From the NCBI GenBank assembly GCA_963823185.1, contig CAWGKP010000011.1, positions 331,223 to 395,222 on the forward strand: DNA of 64,000 bases, read 5' to 3'. The position numbers and the translations under genes were made by a program. Below are positions 1 to 6,756 of the stretch, in pieces (positions within the stretch are counted from its first letter, which is position 1; each line of letters starts with the position of its first letter). Source of the stretch: an uncultured Acidobacteriota bacterium. GTDB taxonomy: Bacteria > Acidobacteriota > Thermoanaerobaculia > UBA5066 > Gp7-AA6. A model generated the notes under the pieces. It had not been told where the DNA came from. It did not search any database and was given only the letters and a program-made list of their open reading frames with translations.

Positions 1-936
1 CCGCCTACGCCGAGGGCGTGCGCGCCGGGACTGCGCGAGCTCGCGCCGCATCTTCTGGGCGAGGACCCGCGCGAGCTCGAGCGCCTGAACCGCCGCATGG
101 ACGCGGTCTTCAAGGGCCACCCGTACGTCAAGTCCGGCGTGGACGTCGCCTGCTGGGACATCCTCGGCCAGGCGGCCGGACTTCCCGCCGCGGCGCTCCT
201 CGGGGGCCGCTACGGCGAGGACTTCCCGCTCTACCGCGCGATCTCGCAGGAGTCGCCCGACGAGATGGCCCGCAAGGTCGCGGGCTACCGGAGCGAGGGG
301 TACTTCCGCTTCCAGCTCAAGGTCGGAGGCGACCCGGAGATGGACGTCGAGCGGATCCGCGCCGTGCGGGCCGTGCTCCAGCCCGGCGACGTCCTGATCG
401 CCGACGCGAACACGGGCTGGCTCACGCACCAGGCGATGCGCGTCGCGCGGGCCGTGCGCGACCTTGGGCTCGACGTGTATCTCGAGCAGCCTTGTCTCAG
501 TTACGACGAGTGCCTCTCCGTGCGCCGCCACACGGACCTGCCGTTCGTGCTCGACGAGACGATCGACGGCATCGGGATCCTGCTGCGCGCGGCCGGCGAC
601 CGCGCGATGGACGCGGTCAACATCAAGATCGGGAAATTCGGCGGCCTGACGCGGGCCCGGCAGGCGCGCGATCTGTGCGTGTCGCTCGGGATCGCCGTGA
701 CGATCGAGGACTCGTGGGGAGGCGACGTCGCGACCGCGGCGATCGCGCATCTCGCCCACTCGACGCCGCCGGAATTCCTCTTCACCTCGACCGACTTCAA
801 CAGCTACGGGACCGTCTCGACCGCCGACGGCGCGCCGCAGCGAAAGAACGGACGCCTCGCGGCCTCGACGAAGCCGGGCCTCGGAATCACGCCGCGGCCG
901 GAGTTCCTGAACAAGCCGGCAGTGGACGTCTCGTGA
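1..936 (+). CDS. Enolase-superfamily enzyme (mandelate racemase / muconate lactonizing enzyme family); 5' end cut by window edge
   Basis: Frame 1 is open from nt 1 (the track lists 97..936 from the first Met). The translation shows the MR/MLE barrel pattern: KVGGDPEMD, metal-ligand contexts [13 protein letters not shown] and VLDETI, then NIKIGKFGG. The substrate cannot be assigned from sequence. Confidence 0.8.
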
Positions 937-941
937 TCTCT

Positions 942-980
942 CCCCTCTCCCGGTGACGGGAGAGGGTCAGGGTGAGGGTC
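942..980 (+). repeat. GC-rich hairpin element, copy 1 (10-bp stem CCCTCTCCCG/CGGGAGAGGG with GTGA loop, plus tail TCAGGGTGAGGGTC); terminator-like, 6 nt after the enolase-family stop
   Basis: Direct reading: the stem 943..952 pairs with 957..966. The 39-nt unit recurs inverted at 5158..5196 with one mismatch. Confidence 0.7.
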
Positions 981-1014
981 TCGTCTTCTCGCGTGCTATC
1001 TTTTCTTCGGCCCT

Positions 1015-1089
1015 GGCCCCATCGTCTAGTGGTTAGGACACGGCTCTTTCAAGGCCGCGGCACGGGTTCGAGTCCCGTTGGGGCCACCA
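1015..1089 (+). tRNA. tRNA-Glu (anticodon UUC), CCA encoded
   Basis: The cloverleaf was folded by hand. Acceptor GGCCCCA/TGGGGCC, D arm GTCT-AGTGGTTA-GGAC, anticodon arm CGGCT-CTTTCAA-GGCCG (anticodon TTC), T arm ACGGG-TTCGAGT-CCCGT, discriminator A, then CCA. Confidence 0.92.
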
Positions 1090-1271
1090 ACTCCTCGCGT
1101 TCTCGTCCAGTGACTTAGAAGCGCCTCCGTGTCCCGCCGGGACCACCAACGAGTGACCCAGACGAAGCGCAGCCGCCGAAACGGAAGCGCTCGCTAAGGG
1201 CTCCGATCGAACTCGCTCGGACCGGCCACGCTATGTCAGTAGTCAGTGACAACGATCTTCGGTTGATGCTT

Positions 1272-2756
1272 CTATCGCGGGAGACTCTTCAGCTGCGAGG
1301 CTAAATCCCGAACCGATTTCGCATCGAGGCATTCGCGACGAATGGATTCGCGCAGCAGAACAAGAGCTGCAGCCCCCTTCGCCAGAAGACCGGCCCTCTC
1401 AATCGCGGGCAACGCCGCGATAACCTCTGCCTTCGCTTCTGATTCTCTGCCCAGCGCCAGAAGAACCTCGGCGACAAGAAGGCGTGCGTAGGCTGCCAAC
1501 GTTGCCAAGCCCAACTTCTCATAAGTGACACGCGCCGCAGTGTAGGCGTTCAGCGACCTTTCCAACTTCGAGCTCTTTCGGTAGCGTTCTCCAGCAACCA
1601 AGCTCAGATGCGCGACCGCCGTTGGACCTTCGTGGCGCTGAAGGATGGAGGCAGCAATCCGCAGACATCCGTCGGCCTCCACCAAGCGGCCGAGAATCGT
1701 ATAGGAATCTGCCAAGAACAACAGCGCGACGGCCCTCAGTACCGGTCTTCCAACGAACGCCGAACTCCCGAGACCTCGCTTCAGCGGCGCTACCGACTCT
1801 TCGACGAACCCGAGCAACTTGAGGCAATCTGAGAGCAGGATCTCGCTCTTCGCCAAACAGGTCACCATCCCCAACGCCCGCATCCTGGGCTGTAGTTCGT
1901 GCAGTGCGTCGACAACCTCAGCGCAGCGACCCTGTTCCTGAAGGCCAACCAGTCGATTGAAGTCAACCTCCGCTCGACCCAGTTCCGGAACGATCGTCCT
2001 TTTGTTGTGCCATTCTGCGATCTGCAGCCACTCTGCACTTCGCTCCATTTCACCGGTCCACCGAAGGGACACGGCAACTGTGATCGCAAGCTGGCTCAAG
2101 AAAAAGGAACGCTCATCGCCGGCGGCGCCGATCTCAGTGTGGGATTCAAGTAGCTGAAAGAATGACACGGCATCTTCCGAAACCTTTTCCGGGAATGAAT
2201 TCCTCTCCTCACGGAGGAGTGCGCAAATGGCGAACAGGCTCTCGAGGTCGGAAACGAGATTCAACGTCACCTGCGCAGACCGATCCCCGGCCGGCGATCG
2301 TAAGAACGAGCGCAAATAGTCGAGATTCGTTGACCCGTTGAGGATTAATTGGTCGAATCGCTCCGCCCAAGTTTGAGACGCCAAGGCACCCTCAAGCCTT
2401 CTCGAATGCCTCCAAGCCAGGAATGCAAATCGGGACAATAGCTCTGAGACTTCGCCAAACTGCTCTTCCGGCAGCTGTCTCTTCGAGAGCCAATGAAACG
2501 CTGACTGTGCGAGTCGTAGCACCTCGTGCGATGGGCTCCCATCCTCGGCCAATTCGTTACCTAAGACACTGAGGGCGTTCAAGACTTCATCCGGTTCGTT
2601 CGACTCCGCTGCGTAGCTCTCTCCGGACAGCAATGACCTGATCAACGCCACTTCACGAGAAACGGCTCGACTCTCGGGTACCAGCCAACGAACGCCTCGG
2701 GTCGCCTCGAGCCAACCTTGGATCGTTGCAGTGGTGAGGGGAGCGTGCTCAGTCAT
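1272..2756 (-). CDS. All-helical TPR-like repeat protein, 494 aa, function unknown; paralog of 3201..4322
   Basis: A long ORF inside the lower-GC segment, with Leu/Ala-rich helical-repeat character. The last ~75 aa are ~45% identical by eye to the C-terminus of 3201..4322 (AALPAIE..AALVLLRESIRR versus AALPTIE..AALSLLRESVRR). No TM segment, HTH or catalytic motif was recognised. The ATG overlaps the upstream stop by 8 nt (ATGACTGA). Confidence 0.6.
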   Translation of the reverse strand: MTEHAPLTTATIQGWLEATRGVRWLVPESRAVSREVALIRSLLSGESYAAESNEPDEVLNALSVLGNELAEDGSPSHEVLRLAQSAFHWLSKRQLPEEQFGEVSELLSRFAFLAWRHSRRLEGALASQTWAERFDQLILNGSTNLDYLRSFLRSPAGDRSAQVTLNLVSDLESLFAICALLREERNSFPEKVSEDAVSFFQLLESHTEIGAAGDERSFFLSQLAITVAVSLRWTGEMERSAEWLQIAEWHNKRTIVPELGRAEVDFNRLVGLQEQGRCAEVVDALHELQPRMRALGMVTCLAKSEILLSDCLKLLGFVEESVAPLKRGLGSSAFVGRPVLRAVALLFLADSYTILGRLVEADGCLRIAASILQRHEGPTAVAHLSLVAGERYRKSSKLERSLNAYTAARVTYEKLGLATLAAYARLLVAEVLLALGRESEAKAEVIAALPAIERAGLLAKGAAALVLLRESIRRECLDAKSVRDLASQLKSLPR

Positions 2757-3132
2757 CAGAGGATTGCCTGTCTCTCGGAACTGGAGACGACGGAACGATC
2801 CAGCGGGCAGACAGACGGGACCTTCTGTCGACTTTGCGCTGAAAGTTGGCTGCCAAGTTGTCGACCACTTGATAGAGCCAAGCCTTGGGGTTTCGAGACG
2901 GATCCAGTCTTGCGACAGCTAAGACAAATGCATCCTGTACGATGTCGCCCGCGTCCTCGAATTGGAGACGATGGCGTCGGACTGTCCGACGCACGAGAGG
3001 CAGGAAGTAGAGCCTGTAAAAGTCTTCAAACTCGGACTGCGTCATCCCCCCGGGGCATAGCGGCTCAGCCACCGACCTCCGGTCAGCTCCGCCCTTCGCG
3101 AAGCGTCCGCACGCCCGGCTTGAGTCATTCAC
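2749..3132 (-). CDS. Small sigma-70 region-2-only protein (ECF-like regions 2.1-2.4, no region 4)
   Basis: FEDFYRLYFLPLVRR..DAGDIVQDAFVLAV..AWLYQVVDNLAANFQRKVDRR matches the ECF sigma region 2 pattern. The ORF ends ~35 aa later without a region-4 HTH. The start is GTG 3132 or ATG 3045. It is translationally coupled to 1272..2756. Confidence 0.55.
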   Translation of the reverse strand: MNDSSRACGRFAKGGADRRSVAEPLCPGGMTQSEFEDFYRLYFLPLVRRTVRRHRLQFEDAGDIVQDAFVLAVARLDPSRNPKAWLYQVVDNLAANFQRKVDRRSRLSARWIVPSSPVPRDRQSSDD

Positions 3133-3200
3133 TAACCCTATATTGTCACGAGGTCACAAGGTCGCCCGGCGGCCAGGCTGAGGATGGGACTCGACTTTGA

Positions 3201-4322
3201 TCATGCCCGGGGTTGTAGACGCTCCTTCACTTCGCGAAGGGCCGAAACGTCAGCTGCCCGTCGACGAACGGATTCTCGAAGGAGGGAGAGAGCCGCGAAC
3301 CCCTCCGGCACCATGCATTCACTCTCGATCGTCGGCAAGGCAGCAAGAATCTCCCACTCGGCCTCTCGATTCCGCGACAGCGCGATGAGAGTTTCGGCCA
3401 AGAGCACTCGGTAGTAGGCGACGAATGTTGCCATCTCGAGGGCAAGATAGTCACCGACCGCTCCGCGTAGCAGCTCCGCAGCAAGACCGAGGCTGTTCTG
3501 GCACCTGAGATATTCCGCGGCTGCCACCTTAAGATGTGCAGCGACAAGCGGCTGCGACGTAAGCGACCCGTTTGCCAGAGCATTTCTCAGCGTCTCGATC
3601 GCCTCTGCCCCCCTACCGCTCGCGGAAAGCAGTTCAGCCCGGTTCGCCACCACCATTCCGTACAACGTCATGTCCTCAGCGATGTATGACGTGTCAGGCA
3701 GCGCCTCGAGGCGACCGAGAGCCTCCGCGGTCCGATTCAGGTTCTTTAGGGCCATAGCCTCCAGGAACCGCGTCTTAAGCTCATACCGTCTCATCTCGAG
3801 CATTTCGAAAGTCTTCATCAAGGACGGAACGGTGGCCAAGACCCGTTCGTAACGATGCATGTCATAGTGTTGAGCCATTCGCTCGAAGGAAACCCTGGCG
3901 AGAGAGGCGACCGGGCTAATCGTGTGTCGGAAGCCCGCTTCTGCGCGATCGAACCAAACATCAGCCTCGTCTCGTCTTCCGAGCAACCGGCAGGCGGCGC
4001 CCGCCAACAGCGCCGACTCACCTTCGAGGTAGTCGCAGTCGTCAAATAGGCCAAGACGAACCGGAGTCTCGGTCAACCGCTTGTGAATGACTTCCGCTTC
4101 CTTCGCGACATCGCCAGGATGGCTGTTCATCCGCGCAGCCAGATCCGCGCAGATCGCAAGAACCACGTCGGCGTCGCGAAGACACGACTCTGCTAGAGAT
4201 TCAGACCGCTCGGAACAGTCGAGGCTCAGGTACTCCGCGGCCAACCTTCGCACTTCCGCTGACGTGCGGCCCGTGGAATTCCCCTTTGACGGGAACGCGA
4301 GAATGCGAGCCGAGCTAGGCAT
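3201..4322 (-). CDS. All-helical TPR-like repeat protein, 373 aa, function unknown; paralog of 1272..2756
   Basis: It has the same C-terminal signature as 1272..2756 and a helical-repeat composition. The ATG overlaps the upstream stop by 8 nt (ATGCCTAG), the same geometry as the other pair. Confidence 0.6.
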   Translation of the reverse strand: MPSSARILAFPSKGNSTGRTSAEVRRLAAEYLSLDCSERSESLAESCLRDADVVLAICADLAARMNSHPGDVAKEAEVIHKRLTETPVRLGLFDDCDYLEGESALLAGAACRLLGRRDEADVWFDRAEAGFRHTISPVASLARVSFERMAQHYDMHRYERVLATVPSLMKTFEMLEMRRYELKTRFLEAMALKNLNRTAEALGRLEALPDTSYIAEDMTLYGMVVANRAELLSASGRGAEAIETLRNALANGSLTSQPLVAAHLKVAAAEYLRCQNSLGLAAELLRGAVGDYLALEMATFVAYYRVLLAETLIALSRNREAEWEILAALPTIESECMVPEGFAALSLLRESVRRRAADVSALREVKERLQPRA

Positions 4323-4725
4323 CAGGATTGATTCTCAAAGAAAGCAGCTCAAGGCTGCGGCTGAAGTCACGCGCAACATCGGCGGGTTCACGTTCGAGAA
4401 GTCGCTTGAGGCGATCGTCCGTCTCCCGAACACCGGTCCCAACGACGTACCGCTGATACTCGCGCGCGAATTGGCAACATGCCACCAAGAGGAAGGGCCT
4501 CGAATGTCGGGGAGACCGGCTGCCCGGCCGTGCGCAAAACCTCAAGAACCACACGTAGAGGTCCTTCTCTAGCTCGGTCGCCTCAGCCTCCTGGAGACCG
4601 TAGTGCGTAACTAGGGCGATGTGAAGGAGACCGACTGTGTCCTGAAAGACTTCTCGGACCTCGCGCTCGAGCGACTGCTCGCGCGACTCTCCAGATCTGA
4701 TTTCGTCCGAGATCTCCATGGGCAC
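4315..4725 (-). CDS. Small protein with diverged sigma-70 region-2-like pattern, 136 aa
   Basis: EATELEKDLYVWFLRF...RPFLLVACCQFAREYQRY loosely follows the region 2.1-2.4 spacing of the 2749..3132 product. An SD-like GAGGAAGG lies 6 nt upstream of the ATG. The functional call is weak. Confidence 0.4.
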   Translation of the reverse strand: MPMEISDEIRSGESREQSLEREVREVFQDTVGLLHIALVTHYGLQEAEATELEKDLYVWFLRFCARPGSRSPRHSRPFLLVACCQFAREYQRYVVGTGVRETDDRLKRLLEREPADVARDFSRSLELLSLRINPDA

Positions 4726-4755
4726 CTTCCTCTGGGATGTGTATCTACTGCCCGG

Positions 4756-4784
4756 AGGTTACACCTGCCCACCAGAACAGTCAA
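4756..4784 (-). promoter_or_regulatory. Candidate sigma-70-type promoter for the 4725->1272 gene string (TTGACT - 17 nt - TAACCT)
   Basis: On the minus strand, the -35 TTGACT is at 4784..4779 and the -10 TAACCT at 4761..4756, with a 17-nt spacer. It lies about 30 nt upstream of the ATG at 4725. This is a pattern match only. Confidence 0.35.
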
Positions 4785-5157
4785 ACCACTTTCGTGACAT
4801 CTATCGATATCACGTAAGTGGCCAATTACCAGCTAGTTAGCTTGTGGCTAGAAGGGGATTGGTGATACTGCCTTTTCCAAGACTGTCCCTTTCGCCAAAT
4901 GGCCCGGGCACCATGCCCGTGCCGGAAACCGAGCGAAACTCGCCCTTGCGGGTCTTCGCTCTGGAATGACCGCGGCAGAAAGCCTCGATCACACCAGGGC
5001 GAAGTCGCCGTAGTGAGTGGCAGCTGAAAGACGCCGCCTAAGCTCGTTTCAGGGGTCCCACCAAGTGGCCGAATCGGTGAATCAAGAGAATTCCACCACA
5101 GAAGTGGGCGGGGGTGGCAAGTTTTTTTTACAGGGGGCGAAAAAAGGGGGGACTGGA

Positions 5158-5196
5158 GACCCTCACCCCGACCCTCTCCCGTCACCGGGAGAGGGG
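5158..5196 (-). repeat. GC-rich hairpin element, copy 2 (inverted relative to 942..980; 38/39 identical); about 35 nt after the dacB-like stop
   Basis: The reverse complement of 942..980 equals 5158..5196 except at position 5169 (C versus T). Like copy 1, it sits just downstream of a flanking gene's stop codon. Confidence 0.7.
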
Positions 5197-5232
5197 GTGG
5201 GAGGGGTCGGGAGAGGGGGGTAGGAGGGGCCC

Positions 5233-6734
5233 CTACCCCGCCTTGACCAGCGCCCGGAGGATCCGATCCTGGTAGGCGTGGCCGTTGGTGTCGTACACCC
5301 GGCCGCCGTTCAGACAGGATCGAGAAGACGTAGGTCTTTCCGGAAGAGGCAGTTACGAATCCGGACAGCGTCGAGACCCCCGAAATGCTCCCCGTCTTGG
5401 CCTGGACCTTCCCCTCCATCATGGCGTCGGTCATCCGGTGCCGGAGGGTCCCCTCGGGCTCCCCGGAGACGGCCAGCGTCGCCTTCCAGGCCTGCCCGTA
5501 GGGCTGAGCGTACATGGCCCGCAGGAACCGCACGACGTCGCTCGGCGGCCACCCGGTTCTGCGGGGAGAGGCCCGATCCGTCGTGCAGCTCGTACCGCGC
5601 GGGGTCGAGGCCGAGCGCGGCGAAGAACTCCTTCTCCGCGGCGATCGCCGTCGTCCAGCTCCCGACTCCCCCTTTGACTGCCCCGAGCGTCTTGAAGATC
5701 TGCTCGGCGTAGAAGCCCTGGCTGCGCTTGTTGGTGACCGCGATGCTCGGCAGAAGGCCCGACTCGGTCTCGGCGACGAGCGTCCAGGCGTTGTCGGGCT
5801 TGACGTCCTGCTGGAGCGTCTGGCCGAGAAGCGAGATCCCGGCGTTCTGGAGCCGGTAGCGCAGGGCCGATCCGAAGAAGGCCGGCGGGTCGTCGATCGC
5901 GATGGGCGCCGACCACCAGGCGCCGCGCGAGGGCATGGTCCCCCAGACCGAGACGTCGCCCGAGCCGTAGGTCTTGGCGACGCCGAGCCGCGGCCGGCCG
6001 CGCCGGACGGTCCGGGCGCCGCCGACGGTCCGGAGGACGTCGCACTGGGGCTCGATCGTCACGGCGGCCGGCCCTCCGGCCTTCAGGCCCGGCCGGACCG
6101 AGACCATGACGACGTTGTCGTTGTAGGAGAGGGCCGACGAAGGGGCCTGGTACCAGCGGGCTTCCTGGCCTCCCCTCCACTCGGGATTGCGGCCCGTCGA
6201 GTCGAAGAACGAGGCGTTCAGGATCAGGTCGCCGGAGACCCTCTGGATGCCCTGCTTCGCGAGCCCTTCGGCCCACTTGTCGAAGACGGCGTTGTAGTTG
6301 TCGTCGTAGAAGCGGCCCGAGATGTTGGGATCTCCGCCGCCGACGACGAGCAGCGACCCGACGAGCAGGCCGTCCTGCACGTCGCCGCGGCGCCAGAGCG
6401 TCGTCTTGAACTTGTAGTCGGGGCCGAGAAAATGCAATGCCGCAGCGGTCGAAAACATCTTCGTGACCGAGGCGATCGTCTGCGGCGCCGCGGCGTTCTT
6501 CTCGAAGACGGGCGCGCCGGTGTCGAGCTCGGCGATCGAGATCGAGACGCCGGAAGAGGGCGCCGGCGCGCGCCGGGCGGTCGAAGCGAGGATCTCCTCG
6601 AGCGTCGGCGGGTGCGTGACGCGGCGCTTTGGCGTGCTGCGGCCGGCTTCACCGGTCGCGAGGAGGAATGACGGCGCGAGCGCGCAGATCCCTATCGCCG
6701 CCCACAGGCGGAATCGCGCCCCGCCGGATTGCAT
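5233..6734 (-). CDS. dacB: D-alanyl-D-alanine carboxypeptidase/endopeptidase, PBP4 (DacB) family; reading frame broken twice as sequenced
   Basis: The gene is reconstructed from three frames:
- Signal peptide MQSGGARFRLWAAIGICALA, the active-site context IASVTKMF (SxxK), and ...HDGSGLSPQNRV (frame of ORF 5310..6923).
- PPSDVVRFLRAMYAQPYG...KTGSISGVSTLSGFV...YVFSILS (frame of ORF 4826..5533).
- NGGRVYDTNGHAYQDRILRALVKAG-stop (third frame).

The breaks lie near 5541..5552 and 5308..5316. The length of 1502 nt fits two 1-nt insertions. Confidence 0.75.
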
Positions 6735-6740
6735 CTGAAA

Positions 6741-6748
6741 ATTATAAT
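6741..6748. promoter_or_regulatory. ATTATAAT box in the 22-bp gap between divergent dacB-like and helicase starts; reads TATAAT on both strands
   Basis: This is the only AT-rich patch in the area. TATAAT reads on the plus strand at 6743..6748 and on the minus strand at 6746..6741. The start codons lie 6 nt away (ATG 6734, minus) and 8 nt away (GTG 6757, plus), which would imply leaderless mRNAs. No good -35 element is present on either side. Confidence 0.3.
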
Positions 6749-6756
6749 CGAGACCG

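Noticed and set aside
1086-5066. Possible att-like direct repeats of the tRNA-Glu 3' end. GGGGCCACCAAC is at 1081..1092, GGGACCACCAAC at about 1139..1150, and GGGGTCCCACCAAG at about 5052..5065.
   Set aside because: The matches are only 8-11 nt long and contain indels. No integrase or recombinase gene is present. This is too weak to call a genomic-island boundary or mobile element.
4826-5533. A 235-aa minus-strand ORF spanning the dacB 3' region, the hairpin repeat and the intergenic DNA.
   Set aside because: Only its first ~75 codons (RFLRAMYAQPYG...YVFSILS) are genuine, forming the middle fragment of the frameshifted dacB-like gene. The remainder translates the G/C-rich repeat (PLPPPLPVTGEGRGEG) and non-coding sequence.
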